In this document: piece after piece, positions 16,590 through 25,472 of the stretch | How positions within the stretch are numbered: position 1 is the first letter of the stretch | Layout: each line of letters opens with the position of its first letter | Position numbers and translations under genes: made by a program | The notes under the pieces: generated by a model | Seen by the model: only the letters and a program-made list of their open reading frames with translations | Databases searched by the model: none | What the model was told of the DNA's origin: nothing | From: Myxococcales bacterium | GTDB lineage: Bacteria > Myxococcota_A > Polyangia > Haliangiales > Haliangiaceae | Assembly: GCA_043752985.1 (NCBI GenBank) | Contig: JAYUYE010000825.1 | Span: 1 to 33,504 of the forward strand | DNA length: 33,504 nucleotides | Direction of reading: 5' to 3'

Positions 16590-16598
16590 GGTGAACCC

Positions 16599-17894
16599 GT
16601 GAGCTACGCTGCCACCTATCCCCAGCACCTCGCCTATCTCCAGCAGGGCTACGAGGCTGCGCTGGCCGCGCACGGTTACGACGCCGTGATCCTGTGCGGC
16701 GGCGCTGCCACGCCGAAGAGTCGGTTCGACGATCAATATTGGCCGTTGTGTCCGACGCCCGCCTACGCGCACTGGTGTCCGCTCGTCGAGGCCAATGCCT
16801 TCGTCATCGTTCGACCGGGCTCGCGGCCCACGCTGGTCCGCACCGTTGTCGACGACTTCTGGGAGACCACGCCGCCTCCGGAGAGCGACCACTTCTGGGC
16901 AGGCTTCGATGTCGTCGAGGTCAAGCCCGGGATGGCGGGCGATGCGCTGCCGGGTGGCCGGGTCGCCGTGATCACGCGTGACCAGGGCACATCGCCTCCG
17001 GGCAGCGTCAATCCGCCTGCGCTGATCGCGGCGCTCGATCTGTTGCGCACGAAGAAGACCGCGTACGAGATCGAGTGTCTCGCCGAGGCCAGTCGGCGCG
17101 CGGTCCGCGGTCATCGTCACGTCGCCGACCTGTTTCACGGTGGGACCCCATCCGAGCTCGATCTCCACCTCGCGTACCTCGGGATGTCCGAGCAGGACGA
17201 GGCGCGCGCGCCGTACCAGAACATCGTCGCGCTCGGTGCTCATACCGCGATCCTTCACTACGTCGCGTACACGCGCGAGCGGGTGACCGGCGACACGTCG
17301 TTTCTGATCGACGCAGGTGCCAAGGTGCTCGGCTACGGCAGCGACATCACGCGAACGTACGTTCGGGGTACCGACAGCAGCGCGACGCGATTCGGCGAGC
17401 TGCTCGCCCACGTCGAAGCGTGTCAGCAGGAGATCATCCGGCGGATCCGACCGGGGCTTCCCTACGAAGATCTCCACGACGACTCGCATCGCTTGCTGGC
17501 CGTCGCCTTACGCGAGCTCGGAATCGGTCGGGGCAGCGTCGACGAGCTGGTGAGCCGCGGCATCACGCGAGCGCTGTTCCCGCACGGGCTCGGTCACTCC
17601 CTCGGCATCACCGTGCACGACGCGGGCCTCAAGCCGCGGCCGCCGCGCGCCGAGAACAAGTTCCTGCGTAACACGTCGGTGATCGAGGCGGGACAGGTGT
17701 TCACGATCGAGCCGGGCATCTACGTGATCGACGGTCTGCTGAAGCCGCTGCAGGCCGATGACCGCCGCGAGCTCGTCGACTGGTCCGCGATCGCCGACCT
17801 TCGGCGCTACGGTGGCATCCGGATCGAGGACAACGTCCTCGTCGAGGACAGCGGGACGCGCAACCTCACGCGCGAAGCGTTCGCTGCGGCTTGA
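16599..17894 (+). CDS. pepQ: Xaa-Pro dipeptidase (prolidase), M24B family
   Basis: The N-terminus (YPQHLAYLQQGYEAALAAHGYDAVILCGG) resembles E. coli PepQ. Pita-bread metal-ligand motifs are present: FLIDAGA, GYGSDITRT, HGLGHSLGITVHD, FTIEPGIY and GGIRIEDNV. Confidence 0.9.
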   Translation: MSYAATYPQHLAYLQQGYEAALAAHGYDAVILCGGAATPKSRFDDQYWPLCPTPAYAHWCPLVEANAFVIVRPGSRPTLVRTVVDDFWETTPPPESDHFWAGFDVVEVKPGMAGDALPGGRVAVITRDQGTSPPGSVNPPALIAALDLLRTKKTAYEIECLAEASRRAVRGHRHVADLFHGGTPSELDLHLAYLGMSEQDEARAPYQNIVALGAHTAILHYVAYTRERVTGDTSFLIDAGAKVLGYGSDITRTYVRGTDSSATRFGELLAHVEACQQEIIRRIRPGLPYEDLHDDSHRLLAVALRELGIGRGSVDELVSRGITRALFPHGLGHSLGITVHDAGLKPRPPRAENKFLRNTSVIEAGQVFTIEPGIYVIDGLLKPLQADDRRELVDWSAIADLRRYGGIRIEDNVLVEDSGTRNLTREAFAAA

Positions 17895-18080
17895 GCTTGC
17901 GGGTCTCCCCGATCCTCGCCGTCCTTGAGCGGAGCTCCGAGCACGGCCCTGCGACAGGCGGCGAGGCAACCGGCGACCGACATCACGCTGCACGACCTCG
18001 CGGGTGACCAGGGACGCGACGGGCCGAATCCCGTGCTCCTCGTCGATATCCTCCGTCGCCTGTTCTGGACGCGCCGCCAG

Positions 18081-18109
18081 TCGACCCGGATCTGATCCGG
18101 CGCTATGTT
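18081..18109 (+). promoter_or_regulatory. Putative sigma70-type promoter (TCGACC-N17-TATGTT) with a perfect 7-1-7 palindrome in the spacer
   Basis: TCGACC at 18081-18086 is -35-like and TATGTT at 18104-18109 is -10-like. The palindrome CCGGATC-T-GATCCGG occupies 18086-18100. ATG 18118 lies 8 nt after the -10 hexamer ends. This is a motif match only. Confidence 0.2.
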
Positions 18110-18117
18110 GTGGGCGC

Positions 18118-19806
18118 ATGCGTGGTCTCTTTGTTGTTGCTGGGTTCCTGTTCACGACGGCTCTTGGATGTCAGCAGGCGAAGGAGAAGCCGAAGCCCGC
18201 GGCCACGACCGAGGCCGGGTCGAACGCGTCCGCTACCCCGGCGCGGGCGAAGTCGGAGCAAATCACGCCGCCCCTCGATCTCGCGAACCCGCCGATCGAT
18301 GCAGTGAGGACCTCGTCGGGTCTGATCTACAAGAAGCTGACGAACGTCCACGGTGGTAGCCCTGCGAAGCGCAACGACACCGTGATGATCACCTACACGG
18401 GCTGGCGGCAGGCGACGGGCGAGACGTTCTACACGAGCCGCGACAAGTCGGCGCCGATGCCGCTGCCGCTCGCGAACACCGCCCCCGGGTTCACCGAGGC
18501 AATGCAGCTCCTCAGGAAGGGCGAGAAGGCGATGCTTTGGCTGCCGCCGTCGATCGGCTACAAAGGTGGACCGCCGCCCGGCACCACGCCCGAAACGCTG
18601 GTCTATGAGGTCGAGGTCGTCGATATCGTGCCGGCGCCGGCGATTCCCCCGGACGTCGGGGTCCCGCCGGCGACCGCGCAGTCGCTGAAGTCGGGGATAA
18701 AGTACATCGTCGTTCAGCCCGGTACCGGCAGGGACAAGGCGCGCTACTTCGACACCGTCACGTTCAACTACTCGGCGTGGGATCACGAGGGCCGGATGTT
18801 CGACACGACCGAGCTGCGCAAGCGGCCCGCGACCGTGCCGCCATTCCGCCAGACCGCCGCGATGGAAGAGATCCTGACGTCGATGACCGCGGGGGAGCGC
18901 GCACGATTCTGGATGCCGTCGGAGCGTATGAACCAGGACGGCCGGCCGATGCCGGGAATGCCCGCCGGCCTCCTGACCTACGAGGTCGAGATCCTGACGA
19001 TCGAGAAGGGCAAGGAGCCTCCGCGCGTGCCCTCCGATGTCGCGGCGCCACCGGCAGGTGCGAGCAAGACCTCGAAGGGCGTGTTCTACAAGGTGCTCGC
19101 GAGCGGTAAGGGCGGAGCGAAGCCAGCTGGCAGCGACGTCGTGCGCGTCAACTACACCGGGTGGACCACCGACGGTCGGATGTTCGACTCGTCGGTGATC
19201 AAGGGCGAGCCGGCCGAGTTCTCGCTCGGCGCCGTGATCGTGGGCTGGACCGATGGCATCCCCGTGATGTCGGTCGGTGACAAGGTCCGGTTCTGGATCC
19301 CCGACGAGCTCGCGTACAAGGGATCGCCGGGCAAGCCGCAGGGCATGCTCGTGTTCGACGTCGAGCTCCTCGAGATCAAGCCGCCGCCACCCGTGGGGGC
19401 CGCGGACGGTCACGGTCACCATGGCGCCGACGAGAACCATCCGGCGCCGCCCGATGTCGCGGCACCGCCGGCCGATGCGAAGAAGAGCCCGCGCGGCGTC
19501 TCGTACAAGATCTTGAAGCCGGTCAAAGGTGCGGCCCACGCGGTCGCCTCGGACACCGTGAAGGTCCATTACACGGGGTGGTCGACCGATGGAAAGATGT
19601 TCGATACCTCGCGCAAGGGACCGCAGCAGCCGATCGAGTTCTCGCTCGGGCGCGTGATCGCCGGCTGGACCGATGGCATTCCGATGATCGGCGTCGGTGA
19701 GGCGGCGCGGTTGTGGATCCCGCAGGAGCTCGCATACCCGAATGGCGGTGGTCCGTCGGGCATGCTCGTGTTCGACGTCGAGCTGCTAGAGATCAAGAAG
19801 CAGTGA
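18118..19806 (+). CDS. Lipoprotein with four tandem FKBP-type peptidyl-prolyl isomerase domains
   Basis: ATG 18118 gives MRGLFVVAGFLFTTALGC (lipobox LGC). Four FKBP-like modules follow. Each is preceded by a P-x-DV-x-x-PP linker, and the modules end in VYEVEVVDI, TYEVEILTI, VFDVELLEIK and VFDVELLEIKKQ. Modules 3 and 4 are canonical (V.V.YTGW.TDG..FDSS, GW.DG...M.VG...R.WIP.ELAY). Confidence 0.85.
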   Translation: MRGLFVVAGFLFTTALGCQQAKEKPKPAATTEAGSNASATPARAKSEQITPPLDLANPPIDAVRTSSGLIYKKLTNVHGGSPAKRNDTVMITYTGWRQATGETFYTSRDKSAPMPLPLANTAPGFTEAMQLLRKGEKAMLWLPPSIGYKGGPPPGTTPETLVYEVEVVDIVPAPAIPPDVGVPPATAQSLKSGIKYIVVQPGTGRDKARYFDTVTFNYSAWDHEGRMFDTTELRKRPATVPPFRQTAAMEEILTSMTAGERARFWMPSERMNQDGRPMPGMPAGLLTYEVEILTIEKGKEPPRVPSDVAAPPAGASKTSKGVFYKVLASGKGGAKPAGSDVVRVNYTGWTTDGRMFDSSVIKGEPAEFSLGAVIVGWTDGIPVMSVGDKVRFWIPDELAYKGSPGKPQGMLVFDVELLEIKPPPPVGAADGHGHHGADENHPAPPDVAAPPADAKKSPRGVSYKILKPVKGAAHAVASDTVKVHYTGWSTDGKMFDTSRKGPQQPIEFSLGRVIAGWTDGIPMIGVGEAARLWIPQELAYPNGGGPSGMLVFDVELLEIKKQ

Positions 19807-20822
19807 GCGCTGCTCCGGCCGACGTGCTCGCGGCGTGGGGCTGGGACACGGCTGACGTCGCGCCGATCGACGGCGGTTTGATCAACGCGACGTTCGCGGT
19901 CCGCGTCGATGGTCACCCGCACGCGGTCCTCCAGCGGCTGCACCCGATCTTCGAGGCGAAGGTCAACCTCGACCTCGAGGCGGTCACCGCGCACCTTGCC
20001 GCGCACGACCTCATCACGCCGCGGTTACTCCACACGCGCGACGATCGCGCATGGGTCGAGCACGAGGGTCGCGTGTGGCGAGCACTGTCGTGGGTCCATG
20101 GAGCGACCGTGCATCGCGTGCCGGATCCGAGCTGGGCGGAAGCGGGCGGTGCGCTGGTCGGACGCTTTCATCGCGCCGTTGCAGACCTTCACCACGACTA
20201 CGCGTTCGCGCGCGCGGGCGTGCACGACACGGCGGCGCACCTCGCGCGACTCGCGGCACACGCCGGCGACCGCAGCGATCTCGAGGCAGCAGACCTCGCA
20301 GACGGGATTCTCGCCGCCGCCGCGCTGCTGCCAGCGATGCCCGATACGCCGCGCCGCCACTGCCACGGCGATCTCAAGATCTCGAATCTTCTGTTCGCAA
20401 CCGATCCGGTCCGCGCGGTATGCCTCGTCGATCTCGACACGCTCGGCCTCGGCTCGATGGCGTTCGAGCTCGGGGACGCGATGCGCTCGTGGTGCAACCC
20501 GCGTGGCGAGGACGCCGGTAGCGTGGTGTTCGACCTGCCGATCTTCGCGGCGGCGATCCGCGGCTTTCGTGCGGTCGCCGATGATCTGATCAGCGCAGAC
20601 GAGCGGAAAGCTGTCGTCGTGGGCCTCGAGACCGTGTGCATCGAGCTCGCGGCGCGGTTCGCAGTCGACGTTGTCCGCGACGAGTACTTCGGCTGGGACG
20701 CAGCCCGGTTTCCGTCGCGCCGTGCGCACAACCTCGTCCGCGCCCGCGGTCAGCTCGCTCTCGGCCTCGCGGTTCGCGCCGCCCGCGGCGACGTGCTCGA
20801 GATCGTTCACGGACGGGTCTGA
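19803..20822 (+). CDS. Aminoglycoside-phosphotransferase-fold (APH/choline-kinase/homoserine-kinase-II-like) small-molecule kinase
   Basis: GTG 19803 overlaps the FKBP gene's TGA (GTGA). The N-terminus has IDGGLINATFAV. Brenner catalytic motif HGDLKISNLLF and the metal-binding VDLDTLG are present. Confidence 0.75.
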   Translation: MSAAPADVLAAWGWDTADVAPIDGGLINATFAVRVDGHPHAVLQRLHPIFEAKVNLDLEAVTAHLAAHDLITPRLLHTRDDRAWVEHEGRVWRALSWVHGATVHRVPDPSWAEAGGALVGRFHRAVADLHHDYAFARAGVHDTAAHLARLAAHAGDRSDLEAADLADGILAAAALLPAMPDTPRRHCHGDLKISNLLFATDPVRAVCLVDLDTLGLGSMAFELGDAMRSWCNPRGEDAGSVVFDLPIFAAAIRGFRAVADDLISADERKAVVVGLETVCIELAARFAVDVVRDEYFGWDAARFPSRRAHNLVRARGQLALGLAVRAARGDVLEIVHGRV

Positions 20823-20846
20823 CGCACTACGACGGAGCGGTGCTAC

Positions 20847-20869
20847 CGGATCGAGGGGGCCTCGATCTG
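20847..20869 (+). terminator. GC-rich hairpin after the kinase gene (possible U-tract-less terminator)
   Basis: GATCGAGG (20849-20856), loop GGG, CCTCGATC (20860-20867). The stem can be extended by a G-U and a C-G pair. It lies 25 nt after stop 20822, and no T-tract follows. Confidence 0.3.
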
Positions 20870-20942
20870 AGGTCAGGGAGACTCGGATCGACGGTGCCGC
20901 GGTCAGCCTGAACCAGCGGAAACGCTTCGCCTTGCGCCAAGG

Positions 20943-23891
20943 ATGCGCTCTAATCACGGAATGCGTTCTCGTGGGTCGGCTGCGCTGGTCGGCAGCCTGT
21001 TTGTCGCCTCCGCCACCGCGCATGCGGTCGTGCCACCACACCACCTACGGCTCCCTGCCGAGACGCTGACCGCGCGCCCGGCAGCCGGGACCACGAAGCC
21101 GCTGCGGACGCACAGCGACGTGCGCTGGGGGGCCGTGAGCAGCGCCGGCTGGTCGAAGTTCACGGCGGCGGCCGGCGGAAAATGGAACGCCGCGCATGAT
21201 CGCGCGACCGGTGTCCCGTCCCGGATCTGGGGCTCGGGAATCTCGGTGCCGGGCGCCAACGCATCGGCGCCGATCTCCGAGCAGGCTGCCCGCCAGCTCC
21301 TCGCGGCGCACCTCGCGCTGCTCGCACCGGGCGCCGCCGCCACCGACTTCGAGCTCGTCTCCAACCGCGAGGATGCGGGCATCCGCACCGTCGGGTTTGT
21401 CCAGAAGCTCGGCGATCGGCGCGTCGTCGGCGGTCAGATCAGCTTCCGCTTCAAGTTCGACCGGATGATCGCGATCGGCAGCGAGGCGCTCCCCGACGTG
21501 ACGGTCAGCGTTCCGAAGTCACGATTGTCACGCGCCGCGGTGCGCGGTCGTGCGACCACCGAATTGCGCCGCGACCTCGCGCTCTTTACCGCACCGGTCA
21601 GCGAGCCCGGCGACGAGGTCGTGCTGCCCCTCGTCGGCGACGACGCGGTCCTCGGCTACCGCGTCGCGCGACCGATCACCATCGATGGTGGCGCGGAAGG
21701 GCGGTATCTCGCGTACGCCGATGTTGCCACCGGCGCGATCCTCGCCGTCCATCAGCTCAATGCGTTCGCGAGCGGCACCGTTCGCTACCGGACGGTGGAC
21801 CGTCATCCCGCGCGCGCGCGCCTCGACCGGCCGGCGTCGCGCACGCACGTCATGGTCCAGGGCACGCCGCAGACCACGCGAGCCGACGGCAGCGTCAGCT
21901 GGGGCGCGGATGTCAATCAGGCGGTCACGACGGCGGTGATCGGAGACCTCGTCAAGATCGTCAACAAGGCATCGTCAGACGGCCCCCTCGCGGTTGCCGA
22001 GATCGTGCTCGCCCCTGGCGGTGCAGCGGTGTGGGACGCGAGTGCGACGGCGCTCGATGACGCTCAGGTCAACGTGTTCATCAGCACGAACATCGTGAAG
22101 GAGTTCGTCGCTCGCGAGCTCGATCCGAACATGCCGAAGCTCGGCGAGCAGATGACGGCGAACGTCAACATCGGAAATGAGTGCAACGCGTTCTTCGACG
22201 GCAAGTCGGTCAACTTCTTCCAGTCCAGTGAGAAGTGCCAGAACACTGGCCTCCTCCAGGACGTGATCTTCCACGAGTTCGGCCACGCGCTGCACAGCGC
22301 GGAGATCATCGAAGGCGTCGGCAAGTTCGATGGCGCGATGAGCGAGGGCGCCTCTGACTTCCTCACCTCCCTCATCACGCGTGACTCGGGCATGGGCCGT
22401 GGCTTCTTCTACGGCGACACACCGCTGCGCGAGATCGATCCGCCGGACGAAGAGTACCGCTGGCCCGAGGACGTCAAGGAGATCCACCACACCGGCCTGA
22501 TCTACGCCGGTGCCATGTGGGATCTGCGCAAGGCATTGATCGCGCAGCACGGCGAGGCCGAAGGTATCCGGATCGTCCAGAAGCTCTACATCGGCACGCT
22601 ACGCCGCTCGATCGATATTCCGACCAGCCTCGTCGAGGCGCTCGTCGAGGACGACGACGACGGCAACCTCGAAAACGGCTCGCCAAACGAGTGCCTGATC
22701 CGCGAAGTGTACGGTCTGCACGGCGTGCGGACCGCGAGTGGCCAGGTCGCCGCGCCCGGCTCGATCGCCGAGAAGGCGGGTTCGACGCTCGTCCGCGTCA
22801 ACCTCACGGGGCTCACCACGCGGTGCACCAGTGACAAGGTCGACACCGTCACCGTCGAGTGGAAGCCGAGTGGCACCCCGATACCCACCGCGGGCTCGAC
22901 AGTCGCGAGCATCGGCGGCGACGGTGAGTACTACGCGCAGCTTCCGCTCGCGCGCGACGGCAAGGTTCTCTATCGCGCACGCGTGAAGTTCACGGATGGC
23001 TCCACGATGACGCTCGCCGACAACCTGGCGGATCCGTTCTACGAGCTCTATCAGGGCATCACGGTGCCGCTGTACTGCACGAGCTTCGAGACGGGCGACC
23101 CGTTCGCGGAGGGCTGGACCACCGGCACCACGAACGCGGCGGTCCCGTCACCGTGGGCGTGGGGTGAGGGCGCGGGCGGCACCACCGATCCACAGGTCGC
23201 GTACACCGGCACCAAGTTCCTCGCGCAGGAGCTCGGTGGTGACTACAAGCCGGGCATCGGCTCGTGGGTGAAGATGCCGCCGATCAACGTCGGCCGCTGG
23301 TCCGACGTCCACCTCCAGTACCGCCGCTGGCTTGCGACTGAAGACAGTCACTTCGATCAGGCGCGCGTCACGGTCAACGACAAGAAGGCGTGGATCAACA
23401 ACACCGCGAACACCGGTGACAGCAGCGCTCTGCACCACATCGATCGCGAGTGGCGCTTTCACGACGTGCCGCTGTCCGGCTACGTCGCCGGCAACGAGTT
23501 CACGGTCGGCTGGGACCTCCATGCCGACGACGGGCTCCACCTCGGCGGCTGGCAGCTCGACGACGTCTGCATCGTCGCGAACATCAACTCGGTCTGTGGC
23601 GACGGCGTTCGCACGCCGACCGAAGGCTGCGACGAAGGAGCCGCGAACGCCGACCGTCCCGATACGTGCCGGACCTACTGCCTCCGTCCGGCATGCGGTG
23701 ATCAGATTCTCGACACCGGGGAAGAGTGCGATCACGGCGATGCCGACGCGACCTGCTCTGCCGCGTGCAAGGAGCTCGAGCTCCCCACGCTCGGTGGTTG
23801 CTGCTCGACCGGTGGTGGTGGCGCGGGCTCGCTGGCGCTGGGAGCGCTCGTCGGTGGCCTGGTGCTGCGCCGTCGGCGCACGACGCGTTGA
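20943..23891 (+). CDS. Secreted thermolysin/fungalysin-like (M4/M36-type gluzincin) metalloprotease with MAM/InhA-like beta-sandwich, Myxococcus Cys-rich repeats and MYXO-CTERM tail
   Basis: The signal peptide is MRSRGSAALVGSLFVASATAHA; the start is ATG 20943 or ATG 20961. The zinc site is VIFHEFGHALH followed about 20 aa later by MSEGASDF. A DDDGNLENGSPNEC motif is present. The C-terminal beta-sandwich ends in GGWQLDDVCIV. Two CGDG....EGCD / CGD.....EECD repeats follow, then the tail LGGCCSTGGGGAGSLALGALVGGLVLRRRR. Confidence 0.8.
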   Translation: MRSNHGMRSRGSAALVGSLFVASATAHAVVPPHHLRLPAETLTARPAAGTTKPLRTHSDVRWGAVSSAGWSKFTAAAGGKWNAAHDRATGVPSRIWGSGISVPGANASAPISEQAARQLLAAHLALLAPGAAATDFELVSNREDAGIRTVGFVQKLGDRRVVGGQISFRFKFDRMIAIGSEALPDVTVSVPKSRLSRAAVRGRATTELRRDLALFTAPVSEPGDEVVLPLVGDDAVLGYRVARPITIDGGAEGRYLAYADVATGAILAVHQLNAFASGTVRYRTVDRHPARARLDRPASRTHVMVQGTPQTTRADGSVSWGADVNQAVTTAVIGDLVKIVNKASSDGPLAVAEIVLAPGGAAVWDASATALDDAQVNVFISTNIVKEFVARELDPNMPKLGEQMTANVNIGNECNAFFDGKSVNFFQSSEKCQNTGLLQDVIFHEFGHALHSAEIIEGVGKFDGAMSEGASDFLTSLITRDSGMGRGFFYGDTPLREIDPPDEEYRWPEDVKEIHHTGLIYAGAMWDLRKALIAQHGEAEGIRIVQKLYIGTLRRSIDIPTSLVEALVEDDDDGNLENGSPNECLIREVYGLHGVRTASGQVAAPGSIAEKAGSTLVRVNLTGLTTRCTSDKVDTVTVEWKPSGTPIPTAGSTVASIGGDGEYYAQLPLARDGKVLYRARVKFTDGSTMTLADNLADPFYELYQGITVPLYCTSFETGDPFAEGWTTGTTNAAVPSPWAWGEGAGGTTDPQVAYTGTKFLAQELGGDYKPGIGSWVKMPPINVGRWSDVHLQYRRWLATEDSHFDQARVTVNDKKAWINNTANTGDSSALHHIDREWRFHDVPLSGYVAGNEFTVGWDLHADDGLHLGGWQLDDVCIVANINSVCGDGVRTPTEGCDEGAANADRPDTCRTYCLRPACGDQILDTGEECDHGDADATCSAACKELELPTLGGCCSTGGGGAGSLALGALVGGLVLRRRRTTR
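23790..23888 (+). other. MYXO-CTERM-like sorting signal
   Basis: The last 33 residues are LGGCCSTGGGGAGSLALGALVGGLVLRRRRTTR: a Gly-Cys motif, a hydrophobic helix and an Arg cluster. Confidence 0.75.
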
Positions 23892-23897
23892 TCGCGC

Positions 23898-25472
23898 TCA
23901 GCTGCGCGTGGGGAGCCGCATCGTGAACGTCGAACCACGGTCAGGTTCGCTCACGATGGTGAGCGTCCCGCCATGCGCGACGACGAGCTGATTCGCGATG
24001 TACAAGCCCAGTCCGAACCCTCCGTAGTGCTTGCTCGGCACGGCCCGCTCGAAGCGACCCAGGATCCGATCGTGATCTTCCTTCGGTATACCGATGCCTC
24101 GATCGCGGACCGCCACCAGGGCGTCCCCCCCGTCGACCGACACCGCGAGCTCGATCGGTCGACGTTGCCCGTACTTGATCGCGTTCTCGATCAGGTTCGA
24201 AAGGACCTGGTCGATCCTGGAGCGGTCCATTTGCCCGATGATCGTTGCATCGCAGCCGGAGACCTCGAGCGTCGAGCCTGCCGAGGCGGCTAAAACTTCG
24301 TGACGCTCGACGACCTCACGGACCAGTGCGCCCAGGTCAACTCGTTCCACGTTGAGCTGCAGCCGGTCTGCCGCGTTCGCCTCGTCGAACGTGCCGACGA
24401 GGTCGATGAGCCGGTGCATCTGCTTGTACGCAACGGCCAGCTTCTTCGCCAGCCGGGGTTGCTCGGTGCCTTCGAGCTTGTCGACAGCGGCCATCGCCGC
24501 GTCCAGCTGGAGCCGCAGGGTCGTGAGGGGCGTGCGGAGCTCGTGAGACGCGATCAACAGAAACTCGTCTCGCATCGCGAGCGCTCGCGTCAATTCTGCG
24601 ACGAGCTTCTCGCGCTCCTCGGCGGCACGACGCCGGTCATTGATGTCTGTATTCGTGCCGATCCAGCGCAGGATCTTGCCGCGTGCGTCGCGCAAGGGGC
24701 GGACGCGCGTGAGGAACCATCGGAACTCACCGGATGCGCTGCGCAACGGGAACTCCATCTCGAACGGTTGCCCGCTCGCGAGGGAGTGGGCCCATCGGGC
24801 GGTCACTGCGTCGAGCATGCTCGGGTCGTGCACCGTGCGCCAACCCCAGCCCTGCATCTCCTCGAAGGCGGTGCCCGTGTACGCGTACCAGCTGCGGTTG
24901 TAGAAATCGATGGTGCCATCCTCACCAGCACTCCATGCGAGCTCGGGGAGGTTGTCTACCAGGTCACGGACCTGGCGTTCACTGTCCCGGATCGCAGCTT
25001 CCGTTGCTTGCTGCTCGGAGCGGATCTTGCGGACCGCGTCCTCGGTATCCACCCGGGCAGCGTGCAGCGCCTGCCGTGATTGCACGTGCTGGGTCACTTC
25101 GATGGCGGTCACGAAGACGCCCGTGATGCTGCCGCTGCTGTCACGAGTGGGCTGCCAGCTGAGCTGGAACCAGCAGTTGGTGAGTGTTCCTTCGCGCATC
25201 AGCTTGACCAGGGCCTCCCCGATCTCTTCGGGCTCGCCGGTGGTGTAGACGCGGTCGAGGGTGTGGATGACGGACTGTCCTGCAAGCTCCGGCATCGACT
25301 CGAGCATCGGTACGCCGATCTTCATCCGCCTGCTGGTCATCTGCTCGTGGTGCTCGTTGGAGAAGGCCACCACGTGGTCGGGCCCGTCGTAAATGACGAC
25401 GGCAAACGGCGCCGCCATCAGCATCCGTTCGAGGTGACTCTGATCGATGGTGGGTGTAGGCACGTGGGTCAC
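23898..25472 (-). CDS. Soluble sensor histidine kinase (PAS-PAS-HisKA-HATPase_c)
   Basis: GTG 25472-25470 overlaps the upstream gene's TGA (GTGA on the minus strand); ATG 25424 is an alternative start. No TM segment is present. There are two PAS-like modules (...WFQLSWQPTRDSSGSITGVFVTAIEVT; ...FRWFLTRVRPLRDARGKILRWIGTNTDIND). The H-box is LIASHELRTPLTTL, the N-box is NLIENAIKY, G1 is DRGIGIP and G2 is GGFGLGL. Confidence 0.85.
   Translation of the reverse strand: MTHVPTPTIDQSHLERMLMAAPFAVVIYDGPDHVVAFSNEHHEQMTSRRMKIGVPMLESMPELAGQSVIHTLDRVYTTGEPEEIGEALVKLMREGTLTNCWFQLSWQPTRDSSGSITGVFVTAIEVTQHVQSRQALHAARVDTEDAVRKIRSEQQATEAAIRDSERQVRDLVDNLPELAWSAGEDGTIDFYNRSWYAYTGTAFEEMQGWGWRTVHDPSMLDAVTARWAHSLASGQPFEMEFPLRSASGEFRWFLTRVRPLRDARGKILRWIGTNTDINDRRRAAEEREKLVAELTRALAMRDEFLLIASHELRTPLTTLRLQLDAAMAAVDKLEGTEQPRLAKKLAVAYKQMHRLIDLVGTFDEANAADRLQLNVERVDLGALVREVVERHEVLAASAGSTLEVSGCDATIIGQMDRSRIDQVLSNLIENAIKYGQRRPIELAVSVDGGDALVAVRDRGIGIPKEDHDRILGRFERAVPSKHYGGFGLGLYIANQLVVAHGGTLTIVSEPDRGSTFTMRLPTRS

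Noticed and set aside
17895-18080. Intrinsic terminator or small RNA in the pepQ-FKBP intergenic region
   Set aside because: Only short (4-5 bp) stems such as GAGC-GGA-GCTC are visible and there are no T-tracts. The evidence is insufficient.
16296-21044. Antisense or alternate-frame ORFs 16296-17489, 17508-18155, 18103-19569 and 20025-21044
   Set aside because: They overlap well-supported pepQ, FKBP and kinase genes on the opposite strand and show no recognisable motifs.
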